Positions 25,467 to 38,105 of a stretch of 64,000 nt of DNA are shown one piece after another. The notes below the pieces were generated by a model. The model ran no database searches. It saw only the letters and a list, made by a program, of their open reading frames with translations, and was not told the origin of the DNA. The stretch comes from Podarcis pityusensis (taxonomy: Eukaryota), in NCBI GenBank assembly GCA_964106645.2, contig OZ067041.1. One strand, given 5' to 3'. The stretch's first letter is position 1. The number at the start of each line of letters is the position of its first letter. The position numbers and the translations under genes were made by a program.

Positions 25467-26677
25467 CAAACCAGTCTTTCTTCCCGCAACCTGGTGCCCT
25501 CCAGAGGTTTAGGATTACAACTCCCATAGTCCCTGACCAATGATTATGCTGGCTGAAACTGATGGAAGTTGCAGTCCAACAATATCTGGAGGGCACTAGG
25601 TTGAAGGCTGTCATAGAGGTGAGGAAGTAGGCAATCTGGTAGTCTTATAATGTTGTTGGACTTTAACTTTCTGCTTATGCTGGTAGGGGCTGGTGGGAAC
25701 TGTAGTCCAACATCATCTTGAGGACTCAACTTCTTTTTTTTCTAAACATTTCCCCGCTCTGCTAACTGGGAGAAAGTAAGAGCTGCCTATAGAAATCAAA
25801 TAGAGAACTCCATGATTTTATCTTAGTTTATATCTGAACTACAGCTGGTCACTCCACACACCAATGAGTACAGCCAAGTAGCTGTATTAGGCGGGCATTC
25901 CTGCTAGGTGTTATTTTGTAAAAAATAATAATTATCTCAGCGTTTTTAAACATTTAGGTTAGACTAGAGCCTCACTGAACTCTACTTGTGAGTAGACATC
26001 TAACCCATCCACATGCAAACCAATGAAATATTAGACTTCTTTATGCAGGTGAGCGCTGGATCTGTGCAAGTGGGACAATTTAAGTGGACATTTTCTGCAG
26101 CTTTTGTGCTTCGCGGGTGGGAATTTTGAACGGAAGTCCAAACGAGCCCAGTTCCTAAACTACTGTGTCTCATCATTTATGTTATTTATTTTCCGTATTA
26201 ATTCCCTCCCCCCCCCCCCCAAAAAAAAGGCCCAAGGGCAGAAATGACATAAGGCCAAAGTTAAATGAGAATATCAAACCAGGCCAACATAAACTTCATA
26301 CAAATTAAACAACAGCAACAATGAGAATTTCAAGCCAGCATCCCTCACCTTTAAAAGGATGGCGGGCAAAGAGGTACGAATGTATTTGTTATGAGCATAG
26401 TCTACATTTGAAGTCGCACGGTTAGGGCGATTAATTTTTTTTTATGTTCAAAAATGCCTTAATGCCCACCGCACTCCGAAAAAGGCCTGGCTTCCCAGAA
26501 CATAAATACTCTCCTGCTACCTGTTGCGGAGGACGCGCTACTGCCCAACTACACCTGCCCTAAAACACGGACTTTACCAATTTCTACGAGCAGAGCTTTC
26601 TCTCACTTCCGCTCAAGAGGAGAAAAGAGCCAGTTTATAACGTGAACCCCGGAACCTTCCTATCCTAATGAAAAAAA

Positions 26678-26679
<2 letters not shown>

Positions 26680-26728
<49 letters not shown>
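26680..26728. repeat. (GA)n microsatellite in NUP58 promoter
   Basis: Directly visible. Confidence 0.97.
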
Positions 26729-26730
<2 letters not shown>

Positions 26731-27003
26731 CTCCAAGATCCCATGGTGCCGTGCGGCTGCGCGCATGCGCGAAGGGAAAAGAACGTGCGACGGAGTTTCC
26801 CTCCGACGTTTATTTGCCGCGCCGCCGGTGGCGTAATTCGAGCTCCCGAATCTTGCCGCCTTTCCTTTTGAAACTTCCCGCCGGGGAGACCTCCGAAGAG
26901 CCGCAGCCTGACAGGGCGGCTGCAGTCCAGAGAGCTCCGGCCATAACGACCCCACATCCCACGCTCGGGAGGGGGGGGTCTCCTTTTCCCCCTCGCCGCC
27001 GCC

Positions 27004-27113
27004 ATGTCGGCGGGCTTCTCCTTCGGAGCCGGGACTCTGCCTTCGGCTACAGCAGCTGCTGCTGGTACTGGAGGCGGCGGCGGAGGGGGCTTCTCGTTTG
27101 GAGGCACCCCGAG
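27004..27113 (+). CDS. NUP58: NUP58 coding exon 1 (MSAGFSFGAG...GGFSFGGTP); gene CDS spans 27004->51735
   Basis: gccgccATG Kozak, FSFG repeats, gtaagc donor, in-frame stop upstream at 26869-26871. Confidence 0.95.
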
Positions 27114-27884
27114 GTAAGCGGGGGCGGGGGGGGAGAAGTGTGGAGGCACCTCGGGCGGAGCGGGGAGTAGACTTGGCCGGCAGGGCTCGGTTGAGGGCAT
27201 CGCCTCGCTGCCATTATTATCCTCGTCTTGTTACGTAGAACACGCGCGCCCAAGTTGCTCGAGGCTGCGCACGTGGCTCCCTCCCCATCCCAACCCTGTG
27301 AGGTAGGCTATGCTGTGCGGTGAAAATATCTCCCATCCCCAGCTTCGTGGCTGAAGCTGGGATTTTAGCCTGGGTCTTCCAGAGTCCACCCTGGGATTTA
27401 TTTTGAAGTGTGCTGTGAACAGCAGCCGAAGTGAAGTACTTTAAAAAAAAAAATCTCAACTAGAATTTCAGCGATAAAAGCATGATTATGATTATGATTA
27501 TTTGAATTTGTATACTGCTCTATACCCAGAGGTCTCTAGGCGGTTCACAGAACAAAATCAAAATATAAAACCACAAAAAACATTATCAAAAACAACCCAA
27601 TAACCCCCATATATAATAGTTGCCACAATATGTCCAGCTTGCAGGGTGAAGTGATTTTGGATGTCTCAGAAAGAGCCACAATAAATAATAGCTAAACTCA
27701 AAAGCAAAACCTAAGACGGCAATTGTAGTCACACATTGGGTTAAGTCCCATTGGGCTCAGTGGGACTTGCTTCTGGGTAAGTGTGCATCTGGGATGGTGA
27801 ATCTAGGGGAGAAACAAGTATGTCCTGTGAAGAATGTTAGATATCTGCAGATTGCTGGCTGTTTTCTTTTGGACAAAATAAAAA

Positions 27885-27965
27885 AAATCCTTCCTGTAGC
27901 ACTTTAGAGACCAACTAAGTTTGTTATTGGTATGAGCTTTCATGTGCGTGCAGACATCTTCTGTA
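27885..27965 (-). mobile_element. Penelope-like element terminal fragment with degenerate hammerhead core
   Basis: Reverse strand cAGAAGA-tgtctgcacgcacat-GAAAgctcatacc...ttagttggtctctaaagtgctac. Confidence 0.55.
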
Positions 27966-29567
27966 GTTAAGCCAGCTGTACTCAGCTTCTGTGAAGGAAT
28001 AATCCAAACATCATGAGCCTTCTACTTGTTTCTTTCACACAGAGAAGCTTCCAGAACCCTCTTGAATTAATTAGAATAGGAAAGATCTCTCCACATCTGA
28101 CCAATACTTTCTGTACCAAGAAATGCAAACTGATAAGGCCATGCTTGTTTATGCTGGAAATTCACTTGCCATTTAAATAATAGTAAACAGGTACATAATG
28201 TTGCAATGCAGAGTGTTCCTGTTCAGCTCCCTCACCTCCCTTGCTCCCCCTGCAGCAGCCAGCCACTATTTTATGGTTGCTGAGCATCCTCATTCCTCAC
28301 AGCTCTTTAGGAGGTATTTATGTATTGGTTTTTATTCTCTGTATATCTTCTTGAGTTTCTGTTCTTAAAATTTCCTGTACTTCTCCAGCAGTCAGGATTC
28401 CCACTAGCCTCTTGTGTTTTCGATGGTGCTGTTTTAAGTGCATAAGATAACTGATTTCACTATTAGCATAGAGGATAATAATGATGGAAGGGGTTTAGGC
28501 TAAGTTCACCATCACATTGAACACACTATGTTTTTGTGTTCTTTTTCCCTCAATGTTCTTTACCCTGATTGCGTTGTGTCTGACACTCAGGGTGTTAAAA
28601 CATCAAATAAACTTTACAAGTCCTGATAAGAATAGCTGTCAGATTTTATTTGTGTTGTACTTGCAGCTGCTTTCCATATTGTGGCTATGATAGAGCTCAT
28701 CTGCACTGCCTTATAATATATTACATCCGTACTGTCGTAACTTTAAGCCATTTAAACCTGCTGGTTACACCATTATTAATTTTGCAACACAGACATTCCA
28801 TGTCTGAAATGTTATATGAGATCCAAAACAGAGTTGGCAGCAATTATAGAAGCTGCTTGTTGTGTTATTACTGGAGAGCCAACAGCATCTCGTAAACTTT
28901 TCTGCCTGATAGATGATGGTGAGTGAACAATAGTAGAAATTGAAAATCATGTATGAAATGTGTTGCATTGCTATAAGGATTTTTTTATTCTACTTCAGTC
29001 TGAAAAAGAGCTCACTTTTAATCTGCTAATAACTTCTTTTAAAACTTGTTCTGGGATGTGAGAAATAAAGTTAACTGTATATCTCCGGGAGTGTCAGGCC
29101 CTACCCTTCAGACTGAAAATGTAAAGAATTTTGTGTTTCCTAAAATATTCCCAGTAATGTCAGAGGTTTAGTTTGAGAGCCGCTTCATTCTAGTGGACTG
29201 CTTTTGATTCAGCTTGAGTTGAAATCACTAATGTCTTTGGATCTCTGTCTGTCCCTTTCCATATAGGGTTCTGAAACATATAATTAGTTACTTGATTATG
29301 TTAACACTGCAAATGCAATTGGTTGTTTTAAGTGTTTGTCTGTGTTAAAATAATGATAGTTAGCAACAAAAAACCCCAAAAAAGGCAACATAAATCTTGG
29401 TTGACTTGAGGGTGAAATATCTGCTGGTAGCATTTACGTTCATATTAAACAGAGAAATATGGAAGAGGCATTTTGACTTTCAAACTGTTCTGTAGAACTA
29501 CTGCAATGAAGAAATAAAAAAATGAACGTGTGTTAAATTTAACTAATTTATTTGTCTTGTAATGTAG

Positions 29568-29704
29568 CTCAACTGGAGGGCTTAATTTTGGGACATTGGG
29601 CTCGACAGCTACAGCAACTACAACCGCTTCATCGGTAGGCTTTGGAACTGGACTTTTTAGCTCAAAACCTGCCACTGGTTTTACATTGGGAGGGGCTAAT
29701 ACAG
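29568..29704 (+). CDS. NUP58: NUP58 exon 2 (GLNFGTLG...SKPATGFTLGGANT)
   Basis: 137 nt, AG/GT, FG-type repeats, frame consistent. Confidence 0.93.
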
Positions 29705-30149
29705 GTAAAATATTATATTTCTACACTTTTAAGATGAGACAAGTATCATGACATTTGAAATGTGTAAAAAATATAGTAGGTTATAAATAGCCATATATGC
29801 ATTTGGTTAAAAATAACACTTTATATACCTGTATACTAGACAAGCATATATGGAACTGTAGTTGTTTGCATATACTGTATAGTGATATAATATACCTTTT
29901 TTTCTTTTCTCTTTATGCATTTTTTATTTTTACTTTATTTTGTTCAATTGAAAAATAAAAAAGGTGAGCCTTGAACTGATAAATGATTTGAGAATTAGTG
30001 ATGAGAATTAGTGGCAAAATGCAGGAGTAGCTAAAAAAAATTCAGATAATATTCAGTAATTTTGCTCCTTGCCAAAAATATTTATATCTTCATTATTAAA
30101 AGCACCCTCTGGTTATATAGTATTATTAGAGAGCTGATAATGTATTTTT

Positions 30150-30700
30150 TTTAAAAAATATGCATTTTACATATCTTAATATATCAGTTATACAATTGTC
30201 ATCGTTTATCTCACACCCTGACTTCCACACACATCCCTCTGTGGGGTCCTATTTAGTCCTTGTTAAGCTGCATCTCCTTAATTACCGCCCCTCTTCTGCT
30301 TATTTTATCTGCTGCTCATATACCTAACGCCACTTGGAAGTTTATCTGATTGTTATATTTCTTTTAATATTCGCCAAAGTATTCCCACTCTTCTTTTATA
30401 TCCAACTCATCTTGGTTTCTTATCTTTGCAGTCAACATTGCTACTCCGCATATTCTATTAGCTTATTCTGCCAGTCTATTTTTGTCCTTCCACCTTTGGG
30501 CATAAATTATTCTGGCCACTGTTTTTGCATAGAGGAAAAAAGACTTAAGTACTTTCTTGGGTATTTCTCCCTCTACTATACTCAGTAAGAACATCTCTGG
30601 TTTCTTGGGAAATGAGACCCTTAACATCTTTTTTAGTTCTGAGTATATCATCTCCCAATACTCTGGCTTTCTTACAACCCCACCACTTGTGTATAAATGT
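30150..30700 (-). mobile_element. LINE (L1-like) ORF2 C-terminal fragment and 3' tail
   Basis: KSFFLYAKTVARIIYAQRWK...LAE peptide typical of squamate L1-like ORF2 ends; stops present; T-rich end. Confidence 0.7.
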
Positions 30701-30821
30701 CCCTTCGATCTGCTGATAATGGATTTTAAGTCACTAATTTGGGGTCAGTGATAAATCTATTAGGCAACTGGCAATAGAAGTGTGGTTTATTAAACTCAGG
30801 GTTTTTTGTACTATTACACAG

Positions 30822-30857
30822 GAACAGCAACCACCATGGCTACAGGATTGACACTTG
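30822..30857 (+). CDS. NUP58: NUP58 exon 3 (GTATTMATGLTL)
   Basis: 36-nt symmetric exon, cacag acceptor and gtaagt donor. Confidence 0.88.
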
Positions 30858-32258
30858 GTAAGTGCTATATTTTCAAAGCTAGCTTTGCTTTTTCTTTAAA
30901 TGGGGTGTGACTTTCAGAGCTGCCCAAACGAAAAGTTCTGGATTTGGATGATGAGAGACTAGGAATGCTGGATAAACCCCAAAGATGACTAAAGTGTCAA
31001 GAAGAAAAATATGGAAGTAAAAACTGTAGATAATGATACATTAGGAACATATACTCAAATATTTACTTGGTTGGTTCAAATCCAGATGTAACATTCAGCT
31101 CCCCACCTCCTTTCCACGGCATTGTTAGCCTTCCTGTTCCCCGGTCTCCAAAGCTCTCAATTATCCATGTGTTGTTATGATATGTGCTATTCAATTTCTA
31201 AAACCTGCCTATGTGATATTTTCCCATTATCTTTCTATTTGTTTCCCTGTTTTCTTCATTTTCTTCATGTTCTTTTTATCAAGTGTGTCTCTTCCTCCCA
31301 TTTTTCTCAAAGGTGTCTGTATTCAGGCCACAGCCACAGTCCATAGCCGTCAACAATTCTGCTTCCGCACTCTGTATAATCTGTTAAGGGTGTCCCATTG
31401 ATATGAGTTAGAATTGAGCTAGCATGTCTTGGTTGTGATCCTATGCCTGATGCAGCTTGGGTACGATCCTGGACTGGGCCCTGCTTCCAGGTATCCAGGT
31501 TGTAGAAGTGGTCAGAAGTTTACTTTTATCAGGTGCATCTGATTCTTCATCCAGTCGCTCCTTAGTTAAAAGGACTAGGCCACTGTCCCTTATGCATGGT
31601 GATCTCTGTGTTGGACTACAGTAAAGTACTCTATGTAGGGCCACTATTGAAGCTGGTAAGTGATAGCTGGTGCCAAATTCTTCTGCCTGTGTTTTGACCG
31701 GAATGGCCCAAAGAGCATATTGTGTCGCTTATTGTCCACTTGATCTGTCTACAGTTTCTGGCTACTATCCTTGGTCCTGATGTAAAGCAGTGAATAGCTT
31801 GGACCCATTATATTCTCATTATATTCTAGGTTCTCCAATGCTCTGAGATGAACCAGAAACCTTGTTTCAGGTGATACATATTAACATGAAACTTGTAGGT
31901 GCCCAGGGTTGACCTTCCCCAGTGGTGGTGATGATTTTGTCATCGTATCCCCTGGGAACAGGGGACAACAGTGCTGGGAAGCAGTGCATATATTATTGGT
32001 AATTGTTTTTTTAAGAATTTCAGAAGCATTCAAAATATGGGAAGCTTGGCTATCTCTTACTGCTAGTGCCTATTGTTAAATGTGTTTCACTGCTTTGAGT
32101 CTAATGGAAGAGTGATTGAAAAAATGAATGTGGCTTCACTCACTTTTCACTGGCTATATACAGATCTAGAGTAATAAATTTAGAATTTTTAATTTTACTG
32201 AACATACCCAGTTTAAGTGGCATCAAAACAAGAATGACATTTTATTTTTCTTTTACAG

Positions 32259-32408
32259 GCACACCTGCTTCTACTTCTGCAAGTACCCCAGGACTTAGTC
32301 TAGGATTCAGCAAACCTGCAGGATCAGCCACACCATTTGCTTTGCCTATCTCTTCTGCCACCTCTGGCCTCTCACTTTCTTCTGCTCTTGCATCTGCGCC
32401 AGCAACAG
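32259..32408 (+). CDS. NUP58: NUP58 exon 4 (GTPASTS...SKPAGSATPFALP...APAT)
   Basis: 150 nt, AG/GT. Confidence 0.93.
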
Positions 32409-33138
32409 GTAATATACACTTACAGTTTTGTGTTTAAATCAAATTTCCATTGTTCACAAACGCATAATCATAATTGTTCCTAAAAAAGAAACCAGGTTAA
32501 TCAGTGCAGTTCTGATAAAGATGATTGAACATTCACATAACGGTATTAGTTTAGTTTGGTACACTGAATTAACTTGAGAACATGGTACATGATAGGGAAG
32601 CCAGTATGAAGGATGCTAAAAGAAGCATCCTACGTCTGATAAGAGGAGAAAAGTGCCAAGAAACTCTGCTTTGTTTGTTGTCAAAATCCCTTTAACTGCA
32701 GAGTGATGTAAGATTGGAGCATATGCATCATGCCTAAGGAATACTTGCCTCAGAATGTATGCTGTAAGATTGGTGTGGGGGAATCTATAGCCTTCTAGAT
32801 ATTGCTGGACTACAGCATGTATCATTCCTAACCCTTAGCCATGCTGGCTAGAGTTGGAGCTGAGCAACATCTGCATGGCCACAGATACTTTTCAAAATTT
32901 GCTTTCCTTTAAAAGGATGTCTGTTGCCCCAAGTCCTCCGGATGATTTAGTGCAAGAGTGCTTAATCCATGCAAATAAATGATGACAGCGGTAACAGCAG
33001 GTAGAATTTGTAAAAGTTTCTGCCATATTGTCCGCAACTGAATTCCAATAGTTGTTTATTTAGCAGGTAATAATAGCTGCTGTTATGAAGGAAAATCAGC
33101 ATGCATGTCTTCAGCTTACACCTCTGCTTAATATTCAG

Positions 33139-33270
33139 GGTCCACTGGCTTTACGCTGAACTTGGGAGGCACAGCTCCAACCACAACAGTATCCACAGGA
33201 CTTTCTCTTGGGGGAGCCTTAGCTGGTTTAGGAGGGACACTCTTCCCAAATGCAAGCTCAGCTGCTACAG
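33139..33270 (+). CDS. NUP58: NUP58 exon 5 (GSTGFTLNLGG...GLSLGGALAGLGGTLF...)
   Basis: 132 nt, AG/GT. Confidence 0.92.
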
Positions 33271-33910
33271 GTGACAAGCCTTTTATGTGCATCTACCTCC
33301 TCAGATTTGTCCAAGCGTCTTATCAAGACGGTTGAGATACTGTGTGTTTTGCTAATCCTGTCGTGCTAGAACTAAGTAATTGTTCCTGGTCCTTTATTTT
33401 GAAGTGCTTGGGTTTGTGGTCATCTACATTAACAACTAATAAATGAACAGCATCACTTGCTGTGTTACTATCTAAAAATTAGAAATAGTTTGGGGCTCAA
33501 GGTCAACAGAGAGTTCTCATTAGTTAAGTTGCTTTCTGAGAGTTTCTGAGATAAGTGAATCAAGGATGAACCTCTGCCCACCTTAGAGCTTAGAATAACA
33601 CCCACATGGTTGGGTGTTGATGTTTCTCGGAAGATTTCTGAAGCTCACGGCCTTATCCCTACCATTTTTGGCTGGAGAGCAGGGTTGATGATGAACACAA
33701 TTTTTTGTTGTCTACGCATACTACAAGTCTTCTTTTCCCCACATCTACATATGGGTTCTAGCTGGTGAATGTAGACATAACATGCCTTTGCTTTTCACGA
33801 CTGGCAATTCATTGAGGATATATTGCTTCAAAAATGTTATATTCAGACTGTTTTCAATACTGATGCATGACAATATAAAGTCTCTGATACAGTTGATGGA
33901 TTACTTGCAG

Positions 33911-34021
33911 GGCTCGGACAGAATGCATTCGGTTTGACTCTAGGGACGGCTCCAGCACCTGCTACTACAGTTAATGAAGGTCTTGGTGGCATAGACTTCA
34001 GTAGTTCTTCAGATAAAAAGA
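33911..34021 (+). CDS. NUP58: NUP58 exon 6 (GLGQNAFGLTLG...EGLGGIDFSSSSDKK)
   Basis: 111 nt, GLGGIDF motif. Confidence 0.95.
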
Positions 34022-35230
34022 GTAAGTTTTTGTGGACGCAGCTTTGAAAGGTGTTTCTCCAAGAATACTTAATAGGCACTGGCTTTTTTCTGTAACTGCA
34101 TGGGGACTCATTAAAACAACAAATTCTAAATCTATCTTTTAAAATAAGAAACTATTTAATGAAACTAACTGCTTTATGATTCTATTACTCTGGGGTTTTG
34201 GTGCCTGGTGCTGAGACGTGTGTTCCCAGTTGCCCCGCAGCTCACCAGTACTGTCCACGTCAGTACTCCATACACCAGGAGTAGGGAATTTTTGTTCTGG
34301 CCAGATTTCTACCCCCAGGCTATTTCCCCAAATCTGCAGCCACGTCACCTCTGATCTTAGGTGTGGAGCAGGTAGAGACATGGCTGGATCAGCTGCCTGC
34401 ACACCTGAAACCTGCAAAAAGCAGGATCCAGCTCCCTGTGCACCAGTTGATGCACAGAAAATTCAGTTCTGCTTGGTTCAGGTGCTCAAGTGCGTTCCCC
34501 AGGAAATCCCTAACTCTGCTTGGTCACTTCTCCTTCTCCTCCTCCTCCCATATACTTTCCCCCCTGTCTTTATCTCTGACTGAAGCTCCTATTACAGCAT
34601 GGATGGGGAACTTGTAGCCCTCCATATGTTGTTGAATTACAGCTCCTATTATCCCTGAATATGGGCTATGCTGACTGACCAATGGGAGTTGTAATCCAAC
34701 AGTATTTGAAGGACCATACATTCTCCACCCTGCCCTGCAGCATCTGAAACTATGCCTAGAGCCCCCATAGGATGGATAATAACAGTGGTTTTAAAATATC
34801 AGGTTATTTTTGTTAGAGAATTGCTGTTTTTTAAAAAAATATATGAAAAAATGCACTATTTAAAATCTGAATTTAATGCAGACGTGCTAGTCTGTACTCC
34901 AAAATAAAATAATTGCTACCTATCAAAATATGCTTTGAAAACGTCTGACCTGAGATTGGTTAAATGACACTAATAGTGCAATCCTACCCGTATCTGGTGA
35001 CCCTTAAAGTAAAACAAGTCAGGGAACTGGCTGCTGTTTTTTTCAGAAGCTAGCATTTTTCCAAATAATATTTGAAGCTTTTAGCCAAGGGTAATAGGAG
35101 TGGGTATCCTTTTTAGAAAAGAGAGTCATTGAAGGTGTTCAGTATAAGAAACCTATTGATATTTGTATAATTCAAACTTAGGAGCATGTTTTTGTTTATA
35201 CTAAGAGTTTTAACTTCCTTTCCCCCTCAG

Positions 35231-35255
35231 GTGACAAAACAGGAACGAGACCAGA
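35231..35255 (+). CDS. NUP58: NUP58 exon 7 (SDKTGTRPE), 25-nt exon
   Basis: Strong pyrimidine tract plus cag, gtaagt donor; needed to keep frame. Confidence 0.93.
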
Positions 35256-36417
35256 GTAAGTGTACCAAATATTCATAGCTGGAAAAATACCTGTTGGGAC
35301 TAAGTCCCTCTTAAATGGAAGGCAACCATTAGCTTCTTATTTTATTTAAGCATACATAAGGTTCTGTACCGCTAAATATTCTCAAACCAAGGTACATAAG
35401 ATCAGTGTTATAAACTAAACAAAAAAAGAGAAAGATCAGAAGAACATAAAATGGGTCATATGGAAAGATAAGCTTGTGTGAATAAATGTTTTAAAGTGGT
35501 GTCTTAAATGAATCACAGAAGACACCTGCCTAATATACAAAGGCAATGCACAATATCGGCGCTGCTATGCCAAGTACCCCATTCTTATGGCTGCATAACA
35601 TGTATCACAAGGGACAGTTAGTAATGCTTCTCCAACAGATCTCAAAATAGGCAGGAATGTATGGAGAATGGTGGTCCTTCAAGGAGGCTGGTCCCAAGTT
35701 ATTTAGGGCGTTATATGATAACAGTTGCACCTTAAATTTGGCCAGAGGAGATTCTTCATCATTGGTGTTGCATGCTGTCAAGGAGCACCACCAAGCTCCT
35801 AACCTGCTACTTCAGAGACAATAACCCTGGTCAGAAGAGGCAAGTTGGCCAACCCACAGAGCCTGCATATTGTCAGGATTCCAGCTTAGTTTATTGGCCC
35901 TCATCTAGGCTACCACTGCACTTAGACCCAGGTCCAGGACTTGCATGGCCACACCTGGTTCATGGTGCTTTCCCAATGTTGGACTCCAGTTTCCATCATC
36001 CCTGAGGCTGTTGGGAGTTTACGTCAGTGACCCCTAAAGGGTACCGAATTGTTTACACTTAGTGGACTAAATTGAGTGGGTTTAATCTTCGTGTTAACAA
36101 GTTAGGATGATGAAGTTGGTGCAGATTTGACTGTGATGTTGTAATTTCCAGAGAGGACGGTACTGCTTCAAATAGTATGTTCATTCTCAACACTAGTTTT
36201 TTCATTTCTGTAGGAGAAAGATACTTGGGTTTGCTGGGGGAAATAATGAGAATGTTTTCCAAAACTCTTCCGCTGCTGCTTAATGATAATTGGGGTCGAA
36301 CATTCAAAAAATTCAGTGGTTAATGGGCTTAGTGCAGTTCTTTGCATCTGTTGTGTTAAATAAAAACTGCTGTTTAGAGAGTGTCATGCTACTAATGATG
36401 TGCATGTCTGTTGGCAG

Positions 36418-36483
36418 GGATAGTAAAGCCCTGAAAGATGAAAATCTACCTCCAGTAATCTGCCAAGATGTAGAAAATCTTCA
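36418..36483 (+). CDS. NUP58: NUP58 exon 8 (DSKALKDENLPPVICQDVENLQ)
   Basis: 66 nt, AG/GT. Confidence 0.95.
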
Positions 36484-37272
36484 GTAAGTATTTCCTGGGT
36501 TCTTGGAATTCCAGATATCTTTTGTTACTGAAACTTACCTTGAAATATGTATTGGACTAGTAAGAGTACTCTTTTGTTTACAGTTTCAAAATACTTGGTT
36601 TTGACAGCTGTGGGTATACTGTTCACAGATGCTCTGAAGGTACCTCAGGTCTTGCTTACTTGAAGTCACTTCAGTAAAATGTAACTGGTGGGTTGCAGGC
36701 TGGAATCAGCCCACAAGGTGCTTCCGTTGGGCCCCTGATAACTCCATCACAGCCTTAATCCTTGTCCACTCTACCACAGCTTTTCCTGTTGTTTGGTGAT
36801 GTGAGGAGAGTTCTCTTGGGAGAGGGGAGGATGATGGAGTGGGGAGGCATAAGCTTCTCCCCTCTGTGCAGTGCCTCTCCCCAGCACAGCTCAGATCTGA
36901 GATTGCAGCTCAGGAGTGGGAAAGGTGGAAATTGCTTTTCCATGCTTTGCGTTAAGAAAGGGAAGTCCATATTGTTAGCGTGTCATACAGAAGACAAGCA
37001 CTGAATTGGCCATGGAGAAAGAGGTGTGAGTGTATGAGAGAGAGGATGGGGGAGAGGGGTCTTCGTTGTGTTTGAGATGTGGAGAGTGTGTGTGTGCACG
37101 CGTGCACACATACACTTTATCCCTGAACCACCATCAGTACGCAGCCCTGACTACTTTCCTCTGAGATTTCCCAGCTCTGAGGAGAGAGAGGTTCCTTAGT
37201 CTGTAGTTCTGAAGAGCTGGGCTTAGGGGCATTGCATGGATTAATTCTGTCTTCTGATTTCTCCTCTCCCAG

Positions 37273-37447
37273 GAAGTTTGTAAAAGAGCAGAAGCAGGTC
37301 CAGGAAGAAATTAGTCGAATGTCCTCCAAAGCAATGCTCAAAGTGCAGGAAGACATTAAAGCTTTGAAACAACTTTTGTCAGTCGCCGCCAGTGGATTAC
37401 AGAGAAACACTCTTAATATTGATAAGCTGAAAGTGGAAACTGCTCAG
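37273..37447 (+). CDS. NUP58: NUP58 exon 9 ([14 protein letters not shown]...KLKVETAQ; coiled coil)
   Basis: 175 nt, AG/GT. Confidence 0.96.
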
Positions 37448-38025
37448 GTATCAGGAACTCTGATGGGGATCACATGCTAGCCTAAAGCTAGCAAAAATGA
37501 TAATATTCCTATCCTCCTGGAAAATGCAGGTCTGCTTGCCTAACAGCTGTGCTGGGCAGTCCTTGATTTGAAGCAGCTGAGAACTTTGTTTACCGTACAA
37601 CTGTAACAGTGTAATGTTTGCTGTCCTGAAAGGTTTTTTCCGTTATACAGAAAACTCATCACTTGGTATCTGGCATTGTATCATATCTTCCCTCCATGTG
37701 CTTTCCCTGTAGAGTTCACTGGGTCTACTCTTTTCCAGCTCCCATCTATTAGGTTTTTGAAGCCTCTGGGCAAAATTTTATTGCAGTGGTCCCCAATTAA
37801 GTGCTGTGTCCCCTTGTTTTTCAAAACCCCTGGTCTAAAATTATAGTCTGATTTGTAATCACGTCCCATTCCTTCCCCCCCTCCCAATAATAATGAACAT
37901 GGTAAAGTTCATCCTTCAGATATTAGCTAATTATCAGCAATAAATTGTTCAGTGAAACAGGTGTGTCATTTTATTGAACTGCAAGAATTACAAGAGCCAT
38001 TTTTTTCCACCTCATGTTTTTGTAG

Positions 38026-38105
38026 GAGCTTAAAAACGCTGAAATAGCATTAAGAACACAGAAAACACCGCCTGGCCTTCAACATGAAAATTCAGCACCA
38101 GCAGA
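38026..38105 (+). CDS. NUP58: NUP58 exon 10 (ELKNAEIALRTQKTPPGLQHENSAPA)
   Basis: 80 nt, AG/GT. Confidence 0.96.

Larger units (their letters stand above)
26500..27300 (+). promoter_or_regulatory. CpG island / promoter of NUP58 with NRF1 (GCGCATGCGC 26761-26770) and ETS/GABPA-type (CACTTCCG 26604-26611) motifs
   Basis: CpG-rich, housekeeping promoter motifs upstream of ATG 27004. Confidence 0.8.

Noticed and set aside
26613-27200. 195-aa minus-strand ORF and overlapping ORFs at the NUP58 CpG island
   Set aside because: Explained by GC-rich antisense of exon 1 and the GA microsatellite; no recognisable protein
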